Positions 1-9,804 are shown, counted from the stretch's first letter. The stretch is 64,000 bases of DNA from an uncultured Candidatus Saccharibacteria bacterium (GCA_964648105.1 CAZYMH010000004.1:6083-70082), one strand, 5' to 3'. The notes: generated from the sequence alone by a model not told the origin. Numbers and translations are program-made.

Positions 1-1945
1 ATTAGAATCGCACCTAGAGCAGGAGCAAGAACAATACCAACTCCATATAGCACACCAGCGGCTAAAGGTATTGCAAAAACATTATAGCCAGTAGCCCAAC
101 CAAGATTCTGCAACATCTTGCGATAAGTAGCTTTTGATAGATTTATGACCTTAACTACATCTTGCGGATTACTCTTTACCAATATGATGTCAGCAGACTT
201 AATAGCAACATCTGTGCCAGCACCTATAGCCATACCAATATCAGCTTGGGTTAGAGCAGGTGCGTCATTGATACCATCACCAACCATAGCAACCTTTTGT
301 CCGTTTCTCTGTAACTCCTTAACTTTTGCAGCTTTATCTTCGGGTCGCACTTCGGCGAAGTATTGATTAAGCCCAAGTTCTTTTGCCACGTATGCTGCAA
401 CTTCGTCTGAGTCACCAGTTATCATTGCGGTTTTTATTCCCAAGTTCTTTAGGGAGACTATTGCTTGCTTTGACTCAGGTCGTACTATGTCAGCCAAGCC
501 CAAAGCACCGATGACTTTTTTATTTGTAATAAGATAAACTTCGGTTTTACCCTCTTTAGCGGCTTCTTTAACTGCTTTGGCGATTTCAGCAGGAACAGTT
601 AGTTTATTCTCCTCAACGTAACGATAACTGGCAGCAATATAAACTTCGCTACCGTGTAACGTACCTTGCACACCTAAACCTGGTAAAGCCTTGAAGTTAG
701 CGACTTTATCTAGATGTACGTGGTCGGCTTCTGCTTTACGAACGATACCTTTACCTACAATATGCTCGCTATTTTGCTCAAGACTTGCCGTTAGATGGAG
801 CACATCTTCTTTTGAGTAGCCTTTCGTTGCCCATATATCAGTTACGCCGTGTTCACCCTTCGTAAGAGTACCTGTCTTATCAAACAGTACCCAGTCTAAT
901 TTTCGTGCTGATTCAAGAGCGAGACGTTTGCGTACAAGAAGCCCGTTGCGAGCAGATAAGGCAGTTGATATTGAAACAACCAGGGGTATAGCTAAGCCAA
1001 GTGCGTGTGGGCAAGCGATTATGAGTACCGTAACAGCTCGTTCTAATGCAAAGTTAATGTCTTTAGCGACCAGCCAATATATAAACGTAATAATGGCAGT
1101 AGCGATAGCAATTATTGTAAGATAGAACGCTGCTTTATCTGCAAGTATTTGTACGTTAGATTTTGAAGTTTGTGCTTCGGCAACCAGACGCATAATACCT
1201 GCAAGAGCCGTATCTTCTCCAAGTTTTGTAACTTTAACCGTCAATGAGCCGTCTTGATTACCCGTGCCAGCAACTACTTCATCCATCACAGTCTTGCTGA
1301 CTGGCTTTGATTCGCCTGTAATTGCTGCTTCATCTACTGACGAGCTACCATCAGTTATTACACCATCAACAGGTATACTTGCACCTGGACGAATCAGTAC
1401 CAAGTCACCGACTTTTAGTTCACTAACCAGCACTTGACGAGGTTTGCCGTTAACGAGCTTTTCAGCCTTATCGGGCAACAGCTTTGAAATAGCGTCTAAA
1501 GCATTTTCAGCCTTTGCCACCGATGCCATTTCTAGCCAATGACCAAGCAGCATAATTGTTACTAGCGTAGCGAGTTCCCAAAAGAAGCCCTCACCGCTAA
1601 TAAAGAACTGCGTTGCAACGCTATACACGTATGCTGTGATGATTGCCAGGCTGATAAGTGTCATCATACCTGGCAATCTAGCTTTTAACTCACCAATCGC
1701 ACTCTTAATGAACACCATACCACCATAGAAAAAAATGATAGTGCTGAACACGAACGGCACATACAGTGAGCCTGGAAATGCTGGTGGCGTAAAGCCAAGC
1801 CAGTGCTGTATCATTTCCGAATATGCCAAGACAGGAATGGTTAGAATGAAACAAAGCCAGAACTTGTCCTTGAACATTGCAACAGAATGTCCTGCGTGTT
1901 TGTCGTGGTCTTGATGCTCAGAGTGTTCGTGTTGCGTGTGTTCCA
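1..1945 (-). CDS. copB: P1B-type heavy-metal (Cu) ATPase, CopB-like; C-terminus lies beyond window start
   Basis: Own minus-strand translation from ATG 1945-1943: His-rich N-term MEHTQHEHSEHQDHDKHAGH, TM motif IIACPHALG (CPH), DKTGTLT, GDGINDAP. Absent from ORF track only because no stop codon lies inside the window. Confidence 0.85.
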
Positions 1946-1947
1946 TT

Positions 1948-2652
1948 TTAGTGGCTCATACCTGACATAGAGTTAGTCGTATCGCTAGAAGAATATCCCC
2001 ATTCTTTTTGCCACTGCTTCATCTGCTGTATTTCTTTAGTCTGTGCAGCAATGATGGCGACTGTTAAGTCTTTGACTTCTTGGTGCTGTGCATTTGTTTT
2101 GCCAGGTGCCGACATATTGATTGCAGATTGGTGGTGCATAATCATTTGCTCAAGAAATGCCTTATCAAACGCTTCACCGGTCTTGCCATTCAGTTCGTTC
2201 ATCATACCTGCGTTTGTATCCTCCATACCCATAGCCGAATGGTCCATCATCATTTCGCCACTACTTGCAGGATAGCCCCACGTCTTTTGCCAGGTGGTCA
2301 TATTATTGATTTCGCTTGTCTGAGCAGATACTATTGCAGTCGCTAAGTCCTTAATCTCTTGGTGCTGAGCGTTTTTGAGAGCAAGGTTAGCCATATCAAC
2401 TGCTCCTTGATGGTGAGCTATCATAGTAGCTATAAAGTATCTGTCATAGTCTTCGCCCTGGTAAGTCATATAGCTTTTGTACTCAGCCGAATTGGTATCT
2501 ACTAGGTTAGTTGCTTGCGAATTAGATGACTTACCCATCATATTACCGTCCATCATATCGTTATCTCTATTTAGGGAGTAGATACTTATCCCCGCAATGG
2601 CAACGATTGCCACTATAGCCACGATTACGATACTGTTCTTGTTATTTTTCAT
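1948..2652 (-). CDS. DUF305-family metal-resistance protein with N-terminal TM anchor
   Basis: Two internal repeats each with an HH helix (MIAHHQGAVDMA / MIMHHQSAINMS) typical of DUF305; abuts the ATPase gene. Confidence 0.7.
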   Translation of the reverse strand: MKNNKNSIVIVAIVAIVAIAGISIYSLNRDNDMMDGNMMGKSSNSQATNLVDTNSAEYKSYMTYQGEDYDRYFIATMIAHHQGAVDMANLALKNAQHQEIKDLATAIVSAQTSEINNMTTWQKTWGYPASSGEMMMDHSAMGMEDTNAGMMNELNGKTGEAFDKAFLEQMIMHHQSAINMSAPGKTNAQHQEVKDLTVAIIAAQTKEIQQMKQWQKEWGYSSSDTTNSMSGMSH

Positions 2653-2702
2653 AGACTCTCCTGGATTACGTTTAAGAATGTTGTTTGCGTGAACAACGAA
2701 TC

Positions 2703-3068
2703 CTAAACTCTAAAGACACCGTAGAGAATATATATCGGTATCTTTGGTGGTGGTTTTACAGAATCTGCATATATCTTGCCCGCTTTAATAACATCGCTAA
2801 AGTACAAGTTTTCGTTTTGTGCGTAAAATGGAACTACTGGCTCATCATCTTCCTCATCATAACGTGAGTTGATAGCTTCATCTTGGTTGAACACGGCTGT
2901 ACGACATTGCGTAGCACACGAGGTGTTGTCGCTGGCTTTATGGTTCATTCCTGCCATATCGTGTGACATTACTGGCATTGCAGATGTATGGCTCGCCAGG
3001 CTAATGGAGCTCAAAAGCAGTACCGCTAAGAATAGGGCAGTGTTTTTTAGTGCTTCTAGTAACTTCAC
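2703..3068 (-). CDS. Small secreted Met/His-rich protein, possible metal binding
   Basis: Signal-like N-terminus, MPVMSHDMAGMNHK tract, located between repressor and DUF305/ATPase genes. Confidence 0.5.
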   Translation of the reverse strand: MKLLEALKNTALFLAVLLLSSISLASHTSAMPVMSHDMAGMNHKASDNTSCATQCRTAVFNQDEAINSRYDEEDDEPVVPFYAQNENLYFSDVIKAGKIYADSVKPPPKIPIYILYGVFRV

Positions 3069-3070
3069 TG

Positions 3071-3355
3071 CTATTTGCCCCGAATGTTATTTAGCTCATA
3101 TAGTTTTAGGAGTTCTTCTAAGGCTTTGGTCTGTTGGTCTTCTTTGCCAGAAGCAAGCATATCTGTGATGTGGGTGGTAATATGGTTTTCAAGTACAAGT
3201 TTATTTAGGGAAGATAGCGATTTTTGAATAGCTAGGCTTTGAGTAAGAATATCCATGCAGTATTCTTCTTTATCAATCATCTTCTGCAAGCCCTTAATTT
3301 GTCCCTCTATAATTTTGGTTCTATGGCTTGCACGTTTTTTTATATCTAGTCTCAT
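3071..3355 (-). CDS. CsoR/RcnR/FrmR-family metal-sensing transcriptional repressor
   Basis: 94 aa helical protein with family hallmark EEYCMDILTQ; Cys33, His58, His62 at the expected ligand spacing. Confidence 0.85.
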   Translation of the reverse strand: MRLDIKKRASHRTKIIEGQIKGLQKMIDKEEYCMDILTQSLAIQKSLSSLNKLVLENHITTHITDMLASGKEDQQTKALEELLKLYELNNIRGK

Positions 3356-3363
3356 GTTAAAAG

Positions 3364-3391
3364 TATATACCCCCTAGGGGTATTCTGTAAA
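3364..3391 (-). promoter_or_regulatory. Promoter TTTACA-N16-TATATA with embedded CsoR-type operator ATACCCC-CTA-GGGGTAT (3367-3383)
   Basis: 7-3-7 inverted repeat with G/C core and AT flanks sits between -35 (3386-3391) and -10 (3364-3369), directly upstream of the repressor ATG. Confidence 0.6.
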
Positions 3392-3729
3392 GCTAGTCAC
3401 TGTCAAAGAGGTAAAAGCACTATGATTTCTAGATGTGGCGGTCGTTTATCCTTTTAAAGGTGTATGGAGAGTCCTCATTGATTCTGGGGGTGGGGGTACT
3501 AAAACTAGCGTAAAAAGCTGGAGAATTTGTATTGTTATATGTTTTGATACTCATCCACGTACAAACAGTACATATTGTTAGGTACAACAGGGTGGCAATG
3601 TCATTGCGGCGGAACTAGGCAAATACACTCATCTTCTCTGACAGAGAGTTTACAGCGTACTTATTCTTGTTGTATGCTTTCAATAACAGGGTTAGCGTGT
3701 CGCCCAGACCAGCCTGCCATAAATTTTAT

Positions 3730-4233
3730 ATGAACAAATTCGAAGCTAATTCTAAAATTGACAAGCTTTTCGTCGGTGGATTAGTTATAAAAGGTGCCAC
3801 TGGCTTGCTTGAATTTTTGAGTGGTCTGTTATTAATTTTTATTAGTCCTCAACAAATTCATCATTTCATAAATTTTCTTACCCAAAAAGAGCTTGTAGAA
3901 GACCCGCAGGATATTATTGTCAAAGTTTTAATAAAATCTACTGAGCATCTAAATAATGGCGATAAGATGTTCTTAATTACTTATCTCTGGGTTCATGCTG
4001 TAATTAAACTGGTTGCAGTAATTGGTATTCTGAAAAATCAGCTTTGGGCATATCCATTTTCGATGATTACATTAGGCGGTTTAATGATTTACCAACTGTA
4101 TTCGATTGTTTTGATAAAATTTTCTATCGGAATGTTGGTTTTAACAATTTTTGATATCTTTATTTTGACTCTTATTTTTTATGAGTACAAAAAACGAAAG
4201 GAATTTTCAAAAATAAAAAATACTGCTTCATAA
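3730..4233 (+). CDS. Polytopic membrane protein, DUF2127-like
   Basis: ORF 3667-4233 begins with TTG; ATG at 3730 (MNKFEAN) more plausible. Helix pattern YLWVHAVIKLVAVIGILKNQLWAYPFS resembles DUF2127. Confidence 0.5.
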   Translation: MNKFEANSKIDKLFVGGLVIKGATGLLEFLSGLLLIFISPQQIHHFINFLTQKELVEDPQDIIVKVLIKSTEHLNNGDKMFLITYLWVHAVIKLVAVIGILKNQLWAYPFSMITLGGLMIYQLYSIVLIKFSIGMLVLTIFDIFILTLIFYEYKKRKEFSKIKNTAS

Positions 4234-4251
4234 ACATGAGCAGTATTTTTT
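4215..4251. terminator. Bidirectional rho-independent terminator between convergent genes
   Basis: A-run, stem TACTGCT (4221-4227) / AGCAGTA (4239-4245), T-run 4246-4251. Confidence 0.55.
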
Positions 4252-4263
4252 AGATATATAAAT

Positions 4264-4605
4264 TTATTTCTTTTTCTTGTCGTCTGTTGATTTGTCAGCT
4301 TTGTCTAACTTAAGACCAATTACAACATAATAAATTACTGCTGAAACAGCAAGTAACGTTATTAGGGCTGAAAGAACTGATCCCCACATGATTGTCATGC
4401 TTCGCTCACCAGCACTAATTGTAAATTTAGCTGCCTGTAGTCCATCGACATTGCCAATCACAAATCCAACTATCGGGTTTATCACACCCTCGACAATTGT
4501 TTTTACGGTATCACCGACTTGTGTACCAATCGCCAAACCTACGGCAAGGCCTACAACACCATGTTCTCGAACAAAGTGCATGAATTTTAGTAATTCTTTG
4601 TGCAT
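4264..4605 (-). CDS. mscL: Large-conductance mechanosensitive channel
   Basis: 113 aa; FVREHGVVGLAVGLAIG first TM, INPIVG loop, second TM, charged KKKK C-terminus: MscL layout. Confidence 0.85.
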   Translation of the reverse strand: MHKELLKFMHFVREHGVVGLAVGLAIGTQVGDTVKTIVEGVINPIVGFVIGNVDGLQAAKFTISAGERSMTIMWGSVLSALITLLAVSAVIYYVVIGLKLDKADKSTDDKKKK

Positions 4606-4729
4606 ATAACACTCTCCTTTAATTTTTATGAGCTAATTATACTAATAATCATCTAAAAAACAAATAATCTTCTTGCGTTTAATTTAAACAACGCATAAAA
4701 TTTAATTATCAACTAATTTAGGAGGGGAT

Positions 4730-5278
4730 ATGCAATTAGGATTTTTGCAACCACTAGAGTCAGCATTGGCTGATTTGTTTAAAAGTTTACCAAACTTACC
4801 AAAAGGCTTTACCGATTTTTTGGCTAAAATCGCACCAATATTAACTTTAATCTTCGGAATTTTGGGTGTATTATCTGCTTTTGCACTTTTTAGATGGGTA
4901 AACCGAGTCGATAATACTGTCAATAATTTAAACGATTTAGCTAGAAGTTATGGCGTTGATACAGTCAGTCACAGTTGGTCAGTAATGGTTATAATCTCTT
5001 TGATTGCCATGTTATTAACATCAATCATTTATATAATGGCTTACTCACCACTTAAACAATACAAAAAATACGGTTGGGACTTACTATTCTTGGCTTTCTT
5101 AGTTAATCTAGTTTCAAGTGTTGTGACTTCATTTAGCGATTATGGAACACCATCTAACTTAGTCGGCACAGTCATAGGTGCAGCTATTGGCGGCTACTTA
5201 TTGTTCCAAATGCGTCCCTATTACACTGGTCATGCTAAAGTCGATGCACGCCCAAACCCAAAAACTACTGACAAATAA
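4730..5278 (+). CDS. Hypothetical multi-pass membrane protein
   Basis: 182 aa with about four hydrophobic helices; GGAGGGG Shine-Dalgarno just upstream of ATG. Confidence 0.5.
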   Translation: MQLGFLQPLESALADLFKSLPNLPKGFTDFLAKIAPILTLIFGILGVLSAFALFRWVNRVDNTVNNLNDLARSYGVDTVSHSWSVMVIISLIAMLLTSIIYIMAYSPLKQYKKYGWDLLFLAFLVNLVSSVVTSFSDYGTPSNLVGTVIGAAIGGYLLFQMRPYYTGHAKVDARPNPKTTDK

Positions 5279-5299
5279 TATCTCAGTTAAATATTCTAA

Positions 5300-5332
5300 G
5301 AAACCCTGATTTTATTTCAAAATCAGGGTTTC
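5300..5332. terminator. Bidirectional terminator hairpin overlapping the last ileS codons
   Basis: Perfect 14-bp stem GAAACCCTGATTTT / AAAATCAGGGTTTC with 5-nt loop between convergent genes. Confidence 0.6.
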
Positions 5333-8256
5333 TTTATGCCGACTGTTAAGATGTTTTTTTCGATTTCAACTTGTTCTTCATAATCAAGATTCGAATCAGT
5401 TATTTTTGTAGCTAGAGTTTCAGTTTTGATTACTTGCTCAAAATCTTTGATAGCAGATTTTAGTTCTTGATTACTAGTTTTGAGAGATAATTCAATGCGA
5501 TCATCAACATTTAAATTGGCATTTTTACGGGCATTTTGAACATAACGGATAATCTCACGCATCAATCCTTCACTTTTTAGCTCAGGGCTAATTACAGTAT
5601 CAAGCTTTACTTCCAAAGGTTGTAGTTTGTCTTGACTGCCACTAACCGAAAACTTCAATTCTTTAACATTAAGTTCTTCTTTAATTATTGGAATATAGAA
5701 TTTTTCATTATCGTTTTTTGCTGATTCAGCTTCGAGTATTGATAATAGTGCTGGATTTGGATTGATTATTGTAGCTGATTGTAATGGACGGCGAACTTTT
5801 ATATTTTGTTTTGCCCTAATACTTAGGCCGTCATTAACGACTTTCCTCACTCCATCCATTCGATTAACTGTTAACTCATCAATTTCCCCAGCCTCTTGCC
5901 AATCTTTTAAGTGGATTGACTGTGAATCATTAGTTAGATTATGATAAAGTTCTTCTGCTAAAAATGGTGTAAATGGTGCCAAGACGTAGGCTAACCTCAC
6001 TAAGACATAATGTAAGGTTTTATAGGCATCATCTTTATCGCTATCGTCTTCACTTTTCCAAAATCGGCGACGAGACCTTCGAACATACCAGTTACTAGCG
6101 TCATCTAAAAATGGCAAAATCCCTTTTAACGCAGATTGTAAGTCATAATTATTAGTTTCATTTTCAACTTCTTGAGTCAAAAGATGTAATTTCGATACAA
6201 TCCAAATATCAAGCGGATTTTTGAGGTTTTTAAGTGGATTATTAAGATTCCCATCATATCGCCACTCATCAACTTCGGCATACATCGTGAAGAAGTCATA
6301 CATATTCCAAATCATACTTAATTTACGGCCAATGTCAGCAACATCTTTATCATTTAGTGCAAAATTTTCGCCGTTTGTCAGTGGTGAACTCAACATCAAG
6401 AACCTAAAACTATCAGCCGAAACTTTATCCATAAGTTCATTTGGGTCAGTATAATTTTTGAGTTTTTTACTCATTTTTTTGCCGTCTGATGCATTTATGT
6501 GACCAGTGCAAATAAGATTTTTCCATGGTGCTTTGCCGAATAAACCAACGTTCACAGCTAGAAGACTATAAAACCAGCCACGAGTTTGATCGATAGCTTC
6601 GATAATAAAATCACTTGGGAACATTGAGTCGAACTTTTGTTGATTTTCAAAAGGATAATGAAACTGAGCAAATGGCATCGAACCTGACTCAAACCAACAG
6701 TCTAGTACTTTGCCGATATGAGTCATTTGAACACCATCGCACTCGAATGTAACGTGCATAACCTCTGGTAAATGATAATCGTCTAATTGTTTGCCCGTTA
6801 GTTGCTCCAATTCTTGGTAACTACCAATTACTTTTACTACTTCGGTGCCATCCGGTCGTTGACCTTTCCACACAGGTATTGGTGTAGCCCAATAACGATC
6901 ACGACTTAGATTCCAATCAGGTGCTTGTTCAATAATGTTATTAAATCGACCAGTCCGTAAATTATCAGGATTCCAGCGGGTGGCCGCGTTTTGTTCTAGC
7001 ATTTCTTGTTTTTGAGACTGAATATCCATAAACCAGCTAGGGTGTACTCGGTACATAAGCTTTGTGCCGCACCGATGGCAATGAGGATATTCGTGCCTAA
7101 TATACTCGATTTTGAGAGCTTTTTGTTCTTCTAATAAAGTTTTCGCGATTAGTTTGTTAACTTCCCAGATATTCTCTCCGAGCCAGCGGCCCGATGTATA
7201 ATTTCCGTTTTCATCAACATTCGAGACAATCGGTACTTGCTCTTGTTTACAAAGTTCGTAATCTTCTTCGCCGTAAGCTGGAGCTTCATGAACCAAGCCT
7301 GTGCCATCGTTCACCGATACAAAATCAGTAGCTAATACCCGATGAGCTGAGGGACCGTGATTTTCGAATAGCGGTTCATATTTTTTGCCAACCAACTCTT
7401 TGCCCTTCACCGCTTCAAGCACAGAAAACTCAAGCGGTTGTTTTTTTTCATTTTGCATGACTCTACTTATCGCTTCAGTGGCAATATACATTTTTTTGTT
7501 TTGATACTCAATTAGAGAGTATTCTTCGTTAGGATTAACGGCCACGGCAACATTGGCTGGCAGGGTCCAAGGTGTAGTTGTCCAGATAAGGAGGTATTCA
7601 TCAACATTATCGAGTTTGAAGTAAACATATATGCTCGGGTCAGTGTCAAGTTGGTAACTATTCTCCATAGCGACTTCACTTTTACTTATAGGCGTGGCAT
7701 CCTTGGTGCAGTAAACTAAGATTTTTTCACCTTCGTAAATCTTTCCTTTGTCATATAGCTCTTTGAATGCCCACCACACACTTTCCATGTATTCTTTGTC
7801 CATAGTTTTATAGGCACCTTCAAATTCTACCCACCGTCCGATTCGATCGATTGTGTCTTCCCATTCTGTACCAGTTTTTACCATCGCTTCACGACATTTT
7901 TTGACGTATTCTTCGATACTAATTTTTGTGCCGATTTCTTTTTTATTTTTGATTCCGAGCTGCTTTTCGACATAAACCTCAGCTGGTAAGCCATGACAAT
8001 CCCATCCCCAAGTCCGCTCGACCCGTTGACCTTTCATCGTATGAAAGCGACCCATGGCGTCCTTGACGGCACTTACCAACAAATGACCATGATGTGGTGT
8101 ACCTGTCAAGAAAGGCGGCCCATCATAAAATACCCACCTATTTTCCTCAGGACGATTATCGACTGACTTTTTAAATGTATCGTCTTTTTTCCATTTGTTT
8201 AGCCAATATTTTTCATATTCGATAGCTCGACGCCGTGTATTAGATTTGAATTTCAT
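5323..8256 (-). CDS. ileS: Isoleucyl-tRNA synthetase
   Basis: 977 aa; HIGH-type GTPHHGHLL, GWDCHGLPAE, KMSKKLKNY (KMSKS) motifs. Confidence 0.9.
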   Translation of the reverse strand: MKFKSNTRRRAIEYEKYWLNKWKKDDTFKKSVDNRPEENRWVFYDGPPFLTGTPHHGHLLVSAVKDAMGRFHTMKGQRVERTWGWDCHGLPAEVYVEKQLGIKNKKEIGTKISIEEYVKKCREAMVKTGTEWEDTIDRIGRWVEFEGAYKTMDKEYMESVWWAFKELYDKGKIYEGEKILVYCTKDATPISKSEVAMENSYQLDTDPSIYVYFKLDNVDEYLLIWTTTPWTLPANVAVAVNPNEEYSLIEYQNKKMYIATEAISRVMQNEKKQPLEFSVLEAVKGKELVGKKYEPLFENHGPSAHRVLATDFVSVNDGTGLVHEAPAYGEEDYELCKQEQVPIVSNVDENGNYTSGRWLGENIWEVNKLIAKTLLEEQKALKIEYIRHEYPHCHRCGTKLMYRVHPSWFMDIQSQKQEMLEQNAATRWNPDNLRTGRFNNIIEQAPDWNLSRDRYWATPIPVWKGQRPDGTEVVKVIGSYQELEQLTGKQLDDYHLPEVMHVTFECDGVQMTHIGKVLDCWFESGSMPFAQFHYPFENQQKFDSMFPSDFIIEAIDQTRGWFYSLLAVNVGLFGKAPWKNLICTGHINASDGKKMSKKLKNYTDPNELMDKVSADSFRFLMLSSPLTNGENFALNDKDVADIGRKLSMIWNMYDFFTMYAEVDEWRYDGNLNNPLKNLKNPLDIWIVSKLHLLTQEVENETNNYDLQSALKGILPFLDDASNWYVRRSRRRFWKSEDDSDKDDAYKTLHYVLVRLAYVLAPFTPFLAEELYHNLTNDSQSIHLKDWQEAGEIDELTVNRMDGVRKVVNDGLSIRAKQNIKVRRPLQSATIINPNPALLSILEAESAKNDNEKFYIPIIKEELNVKELKFSVSGSQDKLQPLEVKLDTVISPELKSEGLMREIIRYVQNARKNANLNVDDRIELSLKTSNQELKSAIKDFEQVIKTETLATKITDSNLDYEEQVEIEKNILTVGIKKP

Positions 8257-8261
8257 ATTTT

Positions 8262-8490
8262 CTCCTAAAATAAAAAAATCATTTTATTTTGACTGCCAGA
8301 ACCCGATTAATTTAGGGCGGTACCATCTGACTTCCAAAACAAATGATTTGTTATTGGCTCTTATTTATTCGATTTCGTTCGAAATTATATTTACGGTAAG
8401 GTCTACTTGGCATTATTAATGCTTTTCTTCTTACAGACATTCATGGCTGATAACCATTAACGAGAGTTTACTCGATGTCTCTAATAATAT
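8262..8490 (-). promoter_or_regulatory. T-box riboswitch leader of ileS (specifier AUC)
   Basis: Minus-strand RNA has AGAGA (8478-8482) and hairpin AUGG-UUAUCAG-CCAU (8443-8457). Then GUAAG...CUUAC plus CCGUAA, and Stem III at 8338-8352. Antiterminator GUCAGA[UGGUACC]GCCC...GGGUUCUGGC at 8295-8331. Extended -10 TGATAAAAT at 8491-8499. Confidence 0.65.
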
Positions 8491-8556
8491 ATTTTATCAT
8501 AATTGCCAAAAAATATATTAAAATACAAACATTTATATCTGTAAAAGTAGTTGTTT

Positions 8557-8584
8557 TTGGCAAACAAAAAGCTTATACTAAAAT
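8557..8584 (+). promoter_or_regulatory. Candidate sigma70-type promoter of the glycogen operon
   Basis: TTGGCA (8557-8562) N16 TAAAAT (8579-8584), 26 nt before the AAGAGGA SD and ATG at 8611. Confidence 0.45.
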
Positions 8585-8610
8585 AAACAAAAGAGGATTC
8601 ATTACATATT

Positions 8611-9804
8611 ATGAAAGTATTAATGCTGGGCTGGGAACTTCCGCCACACAATAGTGGCGGTTTAGGAGTCGCCTGTTTACAGCTCTGTAAATCTCTTGCC
8701 AAAAAAGGTGCTGACATAACTTTTGTGGTACCATATACTGCCAAACATGATTTAGACTTTATGAATGTTGTATCTGCAAAAATTGCCGATGTTTCGTCGA
8801 TATTAGGCGTATACGACTCCAAAGAATATACCGAAACTAAAGACTTGTCCCTAAAAGGCAGTGCCTATGAAATCCAAAATCGCTATGTTGAAGCAATTGC
8901 CAAAATGAGCTTTGGTAAAGAATTTGACGTTATTCATGCACACGATTGGTTAACATTTAGAGCAGGGCTACGAGCCAAAGAACTTCTCGGAAAACCATTA
9001 ATTTTACATGTTCATTCCATCGAGTCCGATCGAGCTGGCGGAAAATCTGGCAACCCTTTGGTCCATGAGATAGAGTATTTATCATTTTTACTAGCCGATA
9101 AAATTGTGGCCGTTAGTGAGCTTACTAAACAAAAAATAATCCAAGAATATGAAATTCCTGCTTATAAAATAATTGTTGCCCATAACAGTATTGATTTTGA
9201 CGATATGGAAAATTTGACTAGTGATAATTCATACAAACTATTAACTCAAATGAAATCGAAAGGTTATAAAATCATTGGCAGTGTTGGCCGAATAACTATT
9301 CAAAAAGGCTTGTCTAATTTATTAATTGCTGCTCAGATTGTCATCCAAAAAGAGCCAAAAACTATTTTTTTGATTGTTGGATCTGGCGATCAGCTACGCG
9401 ATCTTATTCAATTTGCTGCTCATTTGGGAATCAGTCAAAATGTAATTTTTGCGGATTTTCAGCGTGGTAAATATTTGCGGGATGCCTTTGGGGTAGCTGA
9501 TTTATTTATTATGCCATCTGTATCGGAGCCATTTGGTCTTACACCGCTCGAAGCAGCGTTTTATGGAACTCCATCATTAGTTTCTAAACAATCTGGTGTA
9601 GCCGAAGTACTCAAAAATTGCCTCAAAGTTGATTTTTGGGACACCGATAAAATGGCTGATCAAATAGTTAATTTTGTTAGGCACGATGGACTTGGAAATT
9701 CTTTGCTAGCGAATGTTCAGATGGAGTTACGAAAAATGAGCTGGGATAATAGTGCTGATATTTTGATGAATACTTATCGATTACACAGAGGTGCGACTGT
9801 ATGA
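8611..9804 (+). CDS. Glycogen/starch synthase-like glycosyltransferase (GT4/GT5, archaeal type)
   Basis: 397 aa; N-terminal KVLMLGWELPPHNSGGLGV (K-x-GGL-like), C-terminal PSVSEPFGLTPLEA GT-B motif. Confidence 0.7.
   Translation: MKVLMLGWELPPHNSGGLGVACLQLCKSLAKKGADITFVVPYTAKHDLDFMNVVSAKIADVSSILGVYDSKEYTETKDLSLKGSAYEIQNRYVEAIAKMSFGKEFDVIHAHDWLTFRAGLRAKELLGKPLILHVHSIESDRAGGKSGNPLVHEIEYLSFLLADKIVAVSELTKQKIIQEYEIPAYKIIVAHNSIDFDDMENLTSDNSYKLLTQMKSKGYKIIGSVGRITIQKGLSNLLIAAQIVIQKEPKTIFLIVGSGDQLRDLIQFAAHLGISQNVIFADFQRGKYLRDAFGVADLFIMPSVSEPFGLTPLEAAFYGTPSLVSKQSGVAEVLKNCLKVDFWDTDKMADQIVNFVRHDGLGNSLLANVQMELRKMSWDNSADILMNTYRLHRGATV

Noticed and set aside
3485-3499. G-rich tract CTGGGGGTGGGGGTAC as a second CsoR-type operator
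   Set aside because: It shares the GGGGTA half-site but has no matching inverted C-rich arm, and no promoter element is evident around it. It is left as an unexplained G-tract in AT-rich DNA.
8306-8330. Plus-strand reading of AATTTAGGGCGGTACCATC as the T-box sequence, which would place a T-box upstream of the glycogen synthase gene
   Set aside because: The GGTACC core is palindromic, so both strands resemble the T-box motif. Only the minus strand gives the A1 / 7-nt bulge / A2 antiterminator, the specifier hairpin and Stems II and III in the right order, and only ileS is a sensible target.
8481-8822. 113-aa minus-strand ORF from the track
   Set aside because: It spans the AT-rich divergent promoter region and the T-box 5' end, and overlaps the glycogen synthase start on the other strand. 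The sequence is low-complexity, so it is probably not a gene.
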